From Promethearchaeota archaeon (GTDB taxonomy: Archaea > Asgardarchaeota > Heimdallarchaeia > Hodarchaeales > Hodarchaeaceae): a stretch of 64,000 nucleotides of DNA. The notes under the pieces are model-generated. The model saw nothing but the letters and a program-made list of their open reading frames with translations, was not told the origin of the DNA and ran no database searches. The translations under genes were made by a program, and so were the position numbers. The stretch is from the NCBI GenBank assembly GCA_048938105.1, contig JBHLMN010000012.1, positions 141,158-205,157 on the forward strand. Reading direction: 5' to 3'. The number at the start of each line of letters is the position of its first letter. Positions within the stretch are counted from its first letter, which is position 1. Shown piece after piece: positions 10,220 through 20,460 of this stretch.

Positions 10220-10957
10220 TTAAAAAATTCGTCCTAGTGACGCGTCTAAGATTTTTCCAGTCATTAGAGGAGTAGTTGCAGCAAATTCTATCATTTCATT
10301 CAAATCCTTAGGTAATAATGGGTAATTAAGAAGCTGTTTTGATATTAATTTCGATGATAGAACCTCAATTGTTGTACCATTATCCATAGATTTCTTTTCC
10401 AATTCTCTATTATGTCGATCCGTAAAAACATATGTAGGAGAAACTCCGTTAATTCGAATTTTGGGAGCCAAAACTCTAGCCATTGTACGAATTAAATAGA
10501 CTAATCCAGCTTTCGCAACTCCATAAGGCATTTTATCCAATGAAGGTTCATAAGCAGCAGAACTAACGATATGTACTATAGCTCCGCCTTCTATCATAAG
10601 TTCAGCTGCCATTCTTGTTAATAAGAAAGCAGATGTTAGATTCACATTTATTACACGATTGAAAAATGAAGCATCCACTTCTAATGGATTTTTTGAAGCC
10701 AAGGATCCCCCTATATTATTTATCAGAATGTCTATTGATCCAATTTTAGTCTGTACCCATTTCTTTACCTTTCTAATTCCTTCCTCGGTTGTGCAATCAG
10801 CTGCAATATTATTAATTCCTGGAAAACGATCATTTATCATATTTAGACTGGATATGAGAACCTCATTATTCTGATTAGAAAGTTTTCTCATAATTGCCTC
10901 TCCAATCCCTCCAACAGCAACACCAGTAACTAGAATTTTCTTATTTTCGATGATCAT
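10220..10957 (-). CDS. Short-chain dehydrogenase/reductase
   Basis: TG..VGGIG, NNIG, SS, YGVAK (YxxxK), IRING..P. Confidence 0.85.
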   Translation of the reverse strand: MIIENKKILVTGVAVGGIGEAIMRKLSNQNNEVLISSLNMINDRFPGINNIAADCTTEEGIRKVKKWVQTKIGSIDILINNIGGSLASKNPLEVDASFFNRVINVNLTSAFLLTRMAAELMIEGGAIVHIVSSAAYEPSLDKMPYGVAKAGLVYLIRTMARVLAPKIRINGVSPTYVFTDRHNRELEKKSMDNGTTIEVLSSKLISKQLLNYPLLPKDLNEMIEFAATTPLMTGKILDASLGRIF

Positions 10958-11002
10958 GATTAATTTCCTCAGTTATGTTGTTAATGGTTTAATTTATTAC
11001 AT

Positions 11003-11491
11003 CTAGTCATCTATTTTCAGAGTTTGAGTTTTAAGTAATTTATAATTTTTAGGAAATCCCCAATCTTCAATCTTATTGTAACTTGTTTTTTTTGATCGAA
11101 AATGTACCCATATTGTTGTACTATCAAGAAGTGGATTAGCATGGTAATGCTTTTGATCACCATATCGAAAAGCTTCTAGTACTAGGGGTAATTCCTGACG
11201 AAAAATTCTATCACGAAACTTTAAAGGGCCAATTCCCCCACTTACTTGACAATAGACATGGAGTGAATATACATTTTCGGTTTTCAACCATTCAGCTAAC
11301 ACTTCATCCCGCATTATCCGTGTTTGCCATCCTTTTAGTTGTTTTTTGTTAAACTCATGGGCAATGGTGAGAAATAAATCTCCTGTCCGATCTGAATGGG
11401 TTAATGTATAGCAACGAGGTACTAGAGGAGAATCAATGGTTGTTGGGGGTATAAATGTAACATTTAGTTTATTTGGGTTTAAGCGATTCAA
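11003..11491 (-). CDS. Staygreen-family protein (Mg-dechelatase homolog)
   Basis: PRCYTLTHSDRTGDLFLTI, RDEVLAEW, LHVYC, FRQELPLVLEAFRYGD, WG tail. Confidence 0.88.
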   Translation of the reverse strand: MNRLNPNKLNVTFIPPTTIDSPLVPRCYTLTHSDRTGDLFLTIAHEFNKKQLKGWQTRIMRDEVLAEWLKTENVYSLHVYCQVSGGIGPLKFRDRIFRQELPLVLEAFRYGDQKHYHANPLLDSTTIWVHFRSKKTSYNKIEDWGFPKNYKLLKTQTLKIDD

Positions 11492-11517
11492 GGTAGAAAT
11501 CCTTCTATTTGAAAGAA

Positions 11518-13020
11518 CTAAGTTGTAGATAAATAATAGGGCTTAGGAGTAGAGCTTATTTTAGTATATGTAAGACTATCTCCAGGAATATCCCTACAAA
11601 TTTCCTCTAACAGCTTTTTTGACAGCATGTCGAAAAATGGTTGGATCATAAACCAATAGGCTATCCCAATAAGCCCTTTTGGGACTATTCGAAAAATCTG
11701 ATGAAGTTCAATTTTTTTGTGATTAATACGCCTTAAACGATATCTTAGGATGGTATAACCAGGTAAGATGAAATCTGTATGTAATGTTAATTCTTTCTTT
11801 GGAATTTTATTCTGAATTGAAAGAGGAGTCTTTTTCATCTCTCCCTTGTCCTTAAAACCTTTGAAAAAACCGTTTAGAAAAGCACCAAATTTCCATAAGT
11901 ATAAATTGATCTGAAAATTTCTATATTTCTCAATCTGAAGTAATTTGTTCCACAAATTCTCAGGATTACTAGTTAAAATAGCCTTACGATGATCTTGGAA
12001 GACAAATCCTCCAGACCAGGATGGATCCCCTGGAATGTGCCATTCAACGGGTAAATCATAATAGCTAGAATAACTTCCGTACCTAAGATACTGTTGGGGG
12101 TTTAATGCTAATCGAATTGCTTGTTTATGGTTTAGTAACTTCTGTGGAATCAATTCTCGTATCCTAAAATCATGACAAACAACCTCATTCTTCATTCCAT
12201 CTATTAATGGACGAGCTAAAGATGATTGAATGCCTGTAATCAATCTTATCCAATAGGAGCTTAGGCTAGGAGTGAAGAAAGGGATAGGGAGAATTAAACG
12301 CTTTGGTAGTGCCATAATTTCCACATAACTCTCCATAAACTGTTTATAAGTGATAATATCTGAACCACCAATATCAAAGGTCTCACCGATTGTTTCTGGT
12401 ACATCTAAACAGTCAGTTAGATATTTCAGAACATTTCGAATAGCTATTGGTTGATTTCTTGTTCTAAGCCACTTGGGTGTAATCATAATTGGCAATCTAT
12501 TGACTAGATACCTCATCATCTCAAAAGCTGCGCTTCCACTCCCAATAATAATTGCTGCACGTAACGTTGTAACTGGTACTGAACATGAATTCAGTATTCT
12601 GGAAACTTCGATTCGAGACTGTAGATGCTTACTTAATTTTTCTTTTTCGTCCCCTAATCCCCCAAGATAAATAATTCTTTCAATTGCTGCCTTTTCAGCT
12701 GCAATTATTGTGTTTTGGGCTGCAATTCTATCAGATCTAATAAAATCTTTTATTTTTCCTTCCATAGAATGGATTAAATAGTAAACCGAGGAGACTTCTT
12801 CCATTGCGTCTTCTAAGGTTTTAATATCGAAAACATTAAGATTTACCGTTTTCAAATTCCTATGATGACTCCATAATCTCATATTTAGCTTGTCTTTTGA
12901 CCTAAACCCCACTCGTACAATATATCCTTTCTTTAAGAGTTTTGGTACAAGTCTGGAACCTATGTAACCTGTGGCCCCAAGTACAAGAACTTCTTTTTGT
13001 TTCAAGGGAAATCTACTCAT
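11518..13020 (-). CDS. YbjT-like atypical SDR/NAD(P)-binding protein with C-terminal DUF2867-like domain
   Basis: GATGYIG, YYLIHSM, HLQSR.EV, IIGSGS..FEM, TRNQPIA, PKGLIG.AYW. Confidence 0.8.
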   Translation of the reverse strand: MSRFPLKQKEVLVLGATGYIGSRLVPKLLKKGYIVRVGFRSKDKLNMRLWSHHRNLKTVNLNVFDIKTLEDAMEEVSSVYYLIHSMEGKIKDFIRSDRIAAQNTIIAAEKAAIERIIYLGGLGDEKEKLSKHLQSRIEVSRILNSCSVPVTTLRAAIIIGSGSAAFEMMRYLVNRLPIMITPKWLRTRNQPIAIRNVLKYLTDCLDVPETIGETFDIGGSDIITYKQFMESYVEIMALPKRLILPIPFFTPSLSSYWIRLITGIQSSLARPLIDGMKNEVVCHDFRIRELIPQKLLNHKQAIRLALNPQQYLRYGSYSSYYDLPVEWHIPGDPSWSGGFVFQDHRKAILTSNPENLWNKLLQIEKYRNFQINLYLWKFGAFLNGFFKGFKDKGEMKKTPLSIQNKIPKKELTLHTDFILPGYTILRYRLRRINHKKIELHQIFRIVPKGLIGIAYWFMIQPFFDMLSKKLLEEICRDIPGDSLTYTKISSTPKPYYLSTT

Positions 13021-13032
13021 TCTAAGAGGACA

Positions 13033-13803
13033 TCAATAATCTTGACGAGCTTTCCAGAAATCACCATAAAAGAAAAATCCAATCAGTTGAGAAAATACGA
13101 ATATTATTGATATAACTATTCCTAAATACTGTAATATAAGAATTTGATTACTATGGAAGATATACAGAGGGATAAAGTTCAATAAGAACCAAATCCACGA
13201 AAGAATTGGAGCAGATATGAACATAAGAGATCTTTTCCATTTTGAAACAGATAAGAAGGAACTCAAATCATATTTTATTCCAAAAATAGGAAGTTTCGTT
13301 ATAGGTGTCCAAGCTAGCAAGTTTGATTTACGAAATGTGGATTTGAAAATAAAATAATTTCTAAAGTTTAATCCTAAAAGAAAACCAAATATGCAATGGA
13401 TTACGGTATGAGAGAGCATAAAGTTTACAAAACTGATTAGAAAGAACAAAATAACACTAAACCAAAAATCTACAGAAAAATAAAAGGCTAAAAAATAAAG
13501 AATTTCTGAGATGAGAACACCAACTGAGAATAGTAAAGTTCCGACTTTAATTGAAAATTTTGGAACGTTCCAACTATCGAAGAAGAATTCATCAATTCTC
13601 CCTAAAATATCTATTTCTTCCTCTGTTATTTTTACTTTTCGTGCATATTTTACAGCAGTTTGATATTTTCTCCAATGACTCTTCCGATTTAATGTTCCTG
13701 TTTCATATGAATCCTCTAAATCCTTGATATTCCTACTAAAATTAGTGTTATCCATTTGAGAACCTTCCCTAGAACTGTAGTTCTTATTAGTTATACTTAA
13801 CAT
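13033..13803 (-). CDS. Uncharacterized membrane protein with HxxxH motif (M50/zincin-like layout)
   Basis: Four or more hydrophobic segments; SHTVIH; later SAP and YGDF motifs; start may be at the second Met. Confidence 0.55.
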   Translation of the reverse strand: MLSITNKNYSSREGSQMDNTNFSRNIKDLEDSYETGTLNRKSHWRKYQTAVKYARKVKITEEEIDILGRIDEFFFDSWNVPKFSIKVGTLLFSVGVLISEILYFLAFYFSVDFWFSVILFFLISFVNFMLSHTVIHCIFGFLLGLNFRNYFIFKSTFRKSNLLAWTPITKLPIFGIKYDLSSFLSVSKWKRSLMFISAPILSWIWFLLNFIPLYIFHSNQILILQYLGIVISIIFVFSQLIGFFFYGDFWKARQDY

Positions 13804-13862
13804 TATAATTCTAGTGATCGAGGTTTGAAAATAAAAAGAGGGGAAGGATCATAATGACCCAA

Positions 13863-14675
13863 TTAAGCAAATATTAACCCCATAAATACAATCCAAGCTA
13901 ATGCTGATTTTGCAAAGAGGCTTAATAATTGATAACCTCGTTCTCCATATAGATAATCTTTCCATGGGCCTATTTTCTTATACTGAAGAAACATATTCAA
14001 GGCAAAGCTGTTAAAGAAGACGAAATAAACTACTAAGGCAATATAGACAAAAGTAGGAACTTCTCGTCCAACTGTGTTAATACTCAAGAATGTATCAAGG
14101 ATGACGATCCAGGGCATTATTCCAGCTATCCATCCTAGGATATAAGGAGCCCAGCTTGTTTTTTCAGTATATTGGTTATAAGTCTCCATTAACAACCCAA
14201 ACATGTTCATTAATCCATTAAGCACGAATATCAGAGCAAGAATCCAAAATTCTAGTATTCCAAAAGCTAAAGCAATGAATATGATCATCACTGAACTGGA
14301 AAAAGCATACTCATACCAACGTACTGGATTCATTTCTTTCTTTAAATTGGTAACATATTTGTTATATAATGGAAAAGCAATCAGTAAATGAGCAATAGCT
14401 GACATTAGAAGAAAACTAGCAAGCAGGATACCTGCAATGTTTTCAAAAGTGAAAAAAACTTCGGGGATAGGCTCAAGAACTGGACGAGTACCAGTTAATT
14501 CTTTTATTCCTAAATACGACCTATAAATGTCGATTTTGAAGTTTTTTATTTCATCAATTACTAAACTCAGAGCAAATATAACTGTTGCTTGCACTAAGTG
14601 CAAGATACCCATGGCTATATTGAATTTCCGGAGATAGGAAAATGATATTTTTGACTTTTCAATGTTAGTTGACAT
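13863..14675 (-). CDS. Heliorhodopsin
   Basis: N-terminal LRKFN..MGILHLVQA, AIAH, NPVRWYEYAFSSSVM (counterion Glu), GERGYQLLSLFAKSALAW (retinal-binding Lys, SxxxK). Confidence 0.95.
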   Translation of the reverse strand: MSTNIEKSKISFSYLRKFNIAMGILHLVQATVIFALSLVIDEIKNFKIDIYRSYLGIKELTGTRPVLEPIPEVFFTFENIAGILLASFLLMSAIAHLLIAFPLYNKYVTNLKKEMNPVRWYEYAFSSSVMIIFIALAFGILEFWILALIFVLNGLMNMFGLLMETYNQYTEKTSWAPYILGWIAGIMPWIVILDTFLSINTVGREVPTFVYIALVVYFVFFNSFALNMFLQYKKIGPWKDYLYGERGYQLLSLFAKSALAWIVFMGLIFA

Positions 14676-14894
14676 TAAGCAACCTCCTATGGATTTAGAC
14701 AGAAGAGTCCTTCTTTATATATTCATTATGATAATTAAAACGTAAATCACCAATAAATCTAGATCTAGAATTAATGACTTGAATCAGGATGAAGTTCTAT
14801 TACTGAAAAAATAAAGAATCTATTATAATGTGAACCTAAAACTTGCTGATTGATGAACTAGTACTTCTAAAATCACAAAGAATGGTGAAGGCTG

Positions 14895-15671
14895 ATGTCT
14901 CTTACAAAACAAAAACAATTTTTGATTTATGGTAACATCTTGAGCTTTTTATTAACTATCGTGATGAATTCTTTAGCCAACATCCTTCCTTTGAATGGAA
15001 AAACAACTGCAGAACTCAGTGACTCTTTCCCTAACTTATTTGTCCCCGCTGGGTATGTTTTTAGTATCTGGGGATTGATCTACATTTTATTAGCAATTTT
15101 CACGGTTTCCCAAGCCCTTCCCAAGTATAGAGAGGAGGATGTTATTGAAAAAATCTCCTATTTCTTTATTATAAGCAATCTGGCTAATTCATCATGGATT
15201 GTATTTTGGCACTTTGAAATAATAATCGCATCCTTATTGGTTATGTTGATACTCCTTGTATCTTTAATACTAATCTATACCCGATTAGAAATTGGAAAGA
15301 AGCCCGTGAGTGAAAAAATTAAGATCACTTCTCATATCCCATTTAGTGTTTACCTGGGATGGATTACTGTTGCAACTGTTGCAAATGTTACAGCTTTACT
15401 TGTATCAATAAACTGGGATGGTTTTGGCATAAGTGAAGTCATCTGGACTGCAGTTGTAATAAGTGTTGCAACAATAATTGCACTAGTTATCGTATTCACC
15501 CGGAAAGACTATGCCTACGTTCTTGTCCCCGTCTGGGCTTTTATAGGAATAGCAGTAAAGCAATTAAATACTCAAAACGATGTTGTTATAATTTCTGTTA
15601 TAGCAGCAGTTATTTTAGTCATAACATTGCTTGTTAGACTTTCATTGGATTTAGTTCAGAATCGAAAATGA
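14895..15671 (+). CDS. TspO/MBR-like tryptophan-rich sensory membrane protein
   Basis: FVPAGYVFSIWGLIY, N..WIVFW, PFSVYLGWITVATVAN. Confidence 0.75.
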   Translation: MSLTKQKQFLIYGNILSFLLTIVMNSLANILPLNGKTTAELSDSFPNLFVPAGYVFSIWGLIYILLAIFTVSQALPKYREEDVIEKISYFFIISNLANSSWIVFWHFEIIIASLLVMLILLVSLILIYTRLEIGKKPVSEKIKITSHIPFSVYLGWITVATVANVTALLVSINWDGFGISEVIWTAVVISVATIIALVIVFTRKDYAYVLVPVWAFIGIAVKQLNTQNDVVIISVIAAVILVITLLVRLSLDLVQNRK

Positions 15672-16552
15672 ATGATAATAATTTTAGATCACTAATTACT
15701 TCACTCATAATAATATGCATTGCTGCATGTCTTGCACTCATTGGTAGCCACAGGGGTATAACTGTTTTTGGTGGAATACCAGTATTTGCACTTGGAGTAG
15801 CTATTGCCTTTATAATTCAATGGATTGCGTTTATACCTGCTTATATCAAAAGAACAGAGAAATTTTTCGATTTGACTGGCTCTTTGACTTACAGTATTGT
15901 GATTATTTTTTCAGTTGTTTTGAGTTCTGAAATCAATATACGATCTATTTTACTGATGTTTTTGGTCTTGATCTGGGCGATTCGCCTTGGTATGTTCTTG
16001 TTTAGGAGAATACTGAAAGAGGGTGAGGATAAACGCTTCAAGGAAATCAAAGAATCAGGTTCGCGTTTTCTATTAACTTGGACTCTTCAAGGTTTGTGGG
16101 TTAGCTTTACATTAGCAGCTGCATTGGCTGCGATCACAGTAAAACAGAGGGTAGAATTTGGCGTCTTTGGTTTAATTGGTCTTCTGGTTTGGATCATAGG
16201 CTTTGGATTTGAAGCTGTTGCAGACTATCAGAAGAGTAAATTCAGATCTATTCCTGAAAACAAAGGAAAATTTATTACTACTGGATTATGGTCGATATCA
16301 CGACATCCCAATTACTTTGGAGAGATCCTCCTATGGATCGGTATTGCAATCATTGCACTTCCAACACTTCAAGGTTGGAGATGGCTAACACTAATTTCTC
16401 CTATTTTTGTCACATTATTATTGACCAAGGTTAGTGGTATTCCATTACTTGAGAAACATGCAGATGAAAAGTGGGGTGGTCAGGAGGAATATGAGCAATA
16501 CAAAAGTAAGACTCCAGTATTAATCCCAAGGCCATTCTTCAAATCAAATTAA
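15668..16552 (+). CDS. DUF1295 / steroid 5-alpha-reductase-like membrane protein
   Basis: EDKRF, EAVADYQK, GLWSISRHPNYFGE, SGIPLLE; ATGA overlap with the upstream gene. Confidence 0.88.
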   Translation: MNDNNFRSLITSLIIICIAACLALIGSHRGITVFGGIPVFALGVAIAFIIQWIAFIPAYIKRTEKFFDLTGSLTYSIVIIFSVVLSSEINIRSILLMFLVLIWAIRLGMFLFRRILKEGEDKRFKEIKESGSRFLLTWTLQGLWVSFTLAAALAAITVKQRVEFGVFGLIGLLVWIIGFGFEAVADYQKSKFRSIPENKGKFITTGLWSISRHPNYFGEILLWIGIAIIALPTLQGWRWLTLISPIFVTLLLTKVSGIPLLEKHADEKWGGQEEYEQYKSKTPVLIPRPFFKSN

Positions 16553-16684
16553 GGAATGCTAGTTACCCATGCTGAATAACTCTTCTAACGATTAAACTCT
16601 ATAACATATAAAAGATCAGAGGAAAATATTGATAAAGCTGAATTTCGCAGTTCTTTCCTGATATATGGCTAAAATATTATTTAA

Positions 16685-17023
16685 TCAAACCAATGCATCT
16701 GATGGCCACTCTATATGAATAATAAAGGATTTTGCTGTTGCACGGTAATATTTAAGAAAAAATCCATATTCATTTTGAACCTTTCGAGTAAGAAACGCTA
16801 AATCCTTTGAAACTAGGTCATCAAGATATCTTTTAATGGTACCAGGGTTTAGTTCGGTTTTTTGTTTCAATTCCATTATATTTAACTCCTTCTCGAGTAA
16901 TAAATTGAGTATAATCTGCTTTTTTTGGTGGAATAATACTGGAACTACAGAGGGATCATTGATTACCTTTACTTTAGGAATATCAGAATTCTCATCTGAA
17001 TCTTCAGGTTTATCATAGAACAT
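16685..17023 (-). CDS. ArsR-like winged-HTH protein
   Basis: IILNLLLEKELNIMELKQKTELNPGTIKRYLDDL...KYYRA. Confidence 0.8.
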   Translation of the reverse strand: MFYDKPEDSDENSDIPKVKVINDPSVVPVLFHQKKQIILNLLLEKELNIMELKQKTELNPGTIKRYLDDLVSKDLAFLTRKVQNEYGFFLKYYRATAKSFIIHIEWPSDALV

Positions 17024-17043
17024 TCTAATGTGATCCTAGTAGA

Positions 17044-17886
17044 TCATTCTTTTCCTTCGGTTTTTGTAGTTAATATAGTTGTGTTATAAATTCGTGTTGA
17101 GATCAAGCTAAGAATAGGTATGCCAATGAGGACATTTATAAAAGTAACAATCAAAAAAATCAGATTAAAAAATAAAAATGTCTCCACGCTGGTAACTATT
17201 AGAAGTCGAGTGATATCAACAATAAACATTGTGCCTCGAAAGAGTAGATGATATGTACCAATTGAAAAAAACAGCCGTGAGAAATGATGATTTAATATTA
17301 AAAAATTCTCAGTGAAACTTTTTTTTATTTCTTTAACTACTATAATACTCGGGAATATTTCAATGAAAGTAATATTCAGCATAAAATCGACAAAATAAAC
17401 AATAACCTTGATCAAAACTAAAAAAGTACGATCTCCTCCATTTGACTGAATTAATTCTAACAATGAGAACATACTGAAGAGTTGTTCCAGAACGATAATT
17501 AACGCATAAGGCAATGTCAACAGTGCGAAATACAGCCAAAATTTCTTAAAATAGGAAATAGATCTTCTAAACTCTGTAAATAATTCCCCAGATGTCATAA
17601 TATCAAATGTTAAACCAAAAACAGTCCTTGCGTATGATAGGAGTAAGAAGAATATTAAACAAAAAATTAATAGGATAATTGGCATGAGTATTAATCTAAT
17701 GATCTCATTAAATTGAAAATAGTTCTCTAGTAATACAAATCGTATAATAGAAATACCAGTAAAAACTAATATGATAATTCCAGTTAAGAATAATATAAAT
17801 GTCTTGATATATTCTTTTTTATATTCTAAGTATACTCTAAACGCGATTCTTATATCAGTTATTGACTCCTCAAGCATTCTTATCAT
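17044..17886 (-). CDS. Multi-pass membrane protein, function unknown
   Basis: About 6 hydrophobic segments; co-oriented with the HTH gene. Confidence 0.6.
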   Translation of the reverse strand: MIRMLEESITDIRIAFRVYLEYKKEYIKTFILFLTGIIILVFTGISIIRFVLLENYFQFNEIIRLILMPIILLIFCLIFFLLLSYARTVFGLTFDIMTSGELFTEFRRSISYFKKFWLYFALLTLPYALIIVLEQLFSMFSLLELIQSNGGDRTFLVLIKVIVYFVDFMLNITFIEIFPSIIVVKEIKKSFTENFLILNHHFSRLFFSIGTYHLLFRGTMFIVDITRLLIVTSVETFLFFNLIFLIVTFINVLIGIPILSLISTRIYNTTILTTKTEGKE

Positions 17887-18186
17887 CGTTTCCTTGTCAA
17901 GGTAAAAATTGGTTTGTAAACTCGGGGTTTGTTTTTAATAAAAAGTTTTTTTCTAATTAAGTTTAGAGCACATTTTGGTTTTACAATTTAGATAAGTCGA
18001 TTCATCAGTTGTTCAATACTTCGTATTTAACAAAAATATCTAGACTTTAATAGATTTCCTTTGGTTTTGTTAAAATTGCAAAAAGCAGTAAATTTATAAG
18101 TTCGTTTTGCAGAAAATACAAAACGGGTAAGAATGGATTACCCGACAAATAATCTCTGTTCTACAAAAGTTTAAGGAAAAAGCGCG

Positions 18187-18957
18187 ATGTATATCGAAAA
18201 AGATGAAAATAAAACTCTAGGGGAGGAAATTAGAAGTGAAAACTCCATCAATTTAGTAGTGACAACTTTTCTATTAGGTGTGAGCATTTATGTAGTGGCC
18301 CAGCTTATCGGAATATTTCTTACTACTGAATCATTTGGTCCAATTATCGAAGGAGGAAATGTGTCAAAACTGTTATTAACTCAGTCAATGTTTCTGTTTC
18401 TCTCTCTTGTCACTATATTTTTTCTGACTAAAGGAAAATTAACTCACTATGGATTAAATAAACCTATCGGAGCAGTAAAATGGGGATATATTATTGGATT
18501 AGGATTATTGATTGGTTCAATTGCTACCATCCTCATTATTGTAACAGGAGCAAATGGAAATCCTGCTTTAACAGGTCTAGGTATTAGAGAAAAAATAGTC
18601 TTACTTTGGTTTTTAGCTAGTATAGCAGAAGAAGTTTTCGTTAGAGGTTTATTACAGGGGTATCTGAATCCTCTAGAGGGTATGAAAATTAGTATTGGTA
18701 AGCAAAATTTCTCATATCCAGTTGTTTTCAGTGCTATATTTTTTGGTACCATCCATCTACCGCTAGTATTTTTTGGGGCAGACCTTATCACAATTTGTAT
18801 TATCTTTTCAATGACAATAACTCTGGGTTTCTTTACAGCCTCTTTACGAGAGAAATATCAAAGTATATTACCTTCAATTGGCATTCATATTACAACAAAT
18901 ATTGGAGGAACAATGCTAGGTCCAATAATATATGCAATCTTGGTAGGATCAATTTAA
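18187..18957 (+). CDS. CPBP (Abi/Rce1-like) intramembrane metalloprotease
   Basis: EEVFVRG, FGTIH, IGIHITTN. Confidence 0.9.
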   Translation: MYIEKDENKTLGEEIRSENSINLVVTTFLLGVSIYVVAQLIGIFLTTESFGPIIEGGNVSKLLLTQSMFLFLSLVTIFFLTKGKLTHYGLNKPIGAVKWGYIIGLGLLIGSIATILIIVTGANGNPALTGLGIREKIVLLWFLASIAEEVFVRGLLQGYLNPLEGMKISIGKQNFSYPVVFSAIFFGTIHLPLVFFGADLITICIIFSMTITLGFFTASLREKYQSILPSIGIHITTNIGGTMLGPIIYAILVGSI

Positions 18958-19275
18958 TTGGGATCCCCATCAATAGGTGAATAATTCGTTCTCTTAAGTT
19001 GTTTCAAGGTCAATATGTAGTTTCTGATCCCAAAGGTTAAGCTAGCTCCCAAATTCAATGACATTTATTCCAGTAATCATCCCAATCTCACTGGAATAGA
19101 TCATATTTTTTTTCATTCTATTTCGATAATATAATTTCATATAGGACTCCCAAGGAAACCCATGAATTCATTCAGGGAAGGAATTGGGGATGGAAAAAAG
19201 ATTATTTGCATTATTATTAACAAAACATTATAAATAAAAAAAAACATTAAATGATATTTGTTTGTGCAGTAGGAT

Positions 19276-20460
19276 ATGGAAAATCAAAATAAAGGAAGTA
19301 GTTGGTTTATTTTCTCTACACCAGCTATTCTTGCTGCGGGTTATCTTTCATTGCAATTTTTAATCGAATTCCTTGTAGCATTGCTGCTTTTTATCGTTCA
19401 ATTAACCGATGATATTGTGATAAGTAAGTTTATTGTCTTAATTATTAGTCAGATGCTTCTTACCGTGATAATTATCTTTGTGATAACCCCTTTCCTGAAA
19501 ATTAAAGATGTTGAGTTTACTACTGTTAGCTATACTAGTTTTCTAAAATTTATTGCAGTTTTTTGTCTATTCTGGGCGATTACGATACCTATTACCCTAA
19601 TTTTTTCAGTTTTTTCCACTAATTTCAGTATAGGGGAAGCAATCTATGAAAAAACATTACCACTGTCGATCGGTCATCGTGGAAATCTATTCTCAGTCAT
19701 CATGTGGTTACTAGCTGGTACTCTAAGCTTTGCCATATTTATGGAATATTTATTTCGAAGAACATTGATACCATTATTCGAAAAGCGTGGTTTATCTCCT
19801 TTTGCTGCAGTTATCACTTCAAGTATTGCTTTTGCTTTAGTTAGCATACCAAATTATCTCGGAATCCAACTAACAATTCTTACAGAATCCAACTTATTAA
19901 TTCTATATTTTAGTAGATATGGATTATTAAATTCACTTTTCTGTTCCTTAAACCTTTTTATGACAACATTTATCCTTGGAATGGCTTGTGGAATTGTATA
20001 TATCCTAACAAGAAATGTCATATTTTCAATTATGGTACATTGTCTTGGTATACTTCCCTACTACTTGATAGATTTATTTCATGATAATATTATGTTCGAT
20101 TTATTGTTAGGTATTTTAATTATTGTGATTAACATTTCAGGCCTTCTTGTTGCCTTATTCACGAGTCATACTATTTTTAAAGCTTCATCCCAGACTGACT
20201 GGATTACTATCCTTAAGAAAAAGTCGGAAGTAAACATCAATCGCGGAATAACTGGATTCTTTATTACTTTTTGGGGAATAATTATTAATATTGTGATATT
20301 CATTGGTTTACTTGCCGAACATGCTCCTATTATAGTTGCTCTATTGTTTAATATTATATTTCTTGGATTTTGCACTAAATATTTACGAGAAGATTCAATA
20401 GAGGATAAATCACCCACTGATCATAATGAAATGAAAGAATATGGTGAAATAAGTGAATAG
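19276..20460 (+). CDS. CPBP-family membrane protein with degenerate catalytic motifs
   Basis: MEYLFRR in place of EExxxR, FALVS in place of FxxxH, TRNVIFSIMVH. Confidence 0.65.
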   Translation: MENQNKGSSWFIFSTPAILAAGYLSLQFLIEFLVALLLFIVQLTDDIVISKFIVLIISQMLLTVIIIFVITPFLKIKDVEFTTVSYTSFLKFIAVFCLFWAITIPITLIFSVFSTNFSIGEAIYEKTLPLSIGHRGNLFSVIMWLLAGTLSFAIFMEYLFRRTLIPLFEKRGLSPFAAVITSSIAFALVSIPNYLGIQLTILTESNLLILYFSRYGLLNSLFCSLNLFMTTFILGMACGIVYILTRNVIFSIMVHCLGILPYYLIDLFHDNIMFDLLLGILIIVINISGLLVALFTSHTIFKASSQTDWITILKKKSEVNINRGITGFFITFWGIIINIVIFIGLLAEHAPIIVALLFNIIFLGFCTKYLREDSIEDKSPTDHNEMKEYGEISE

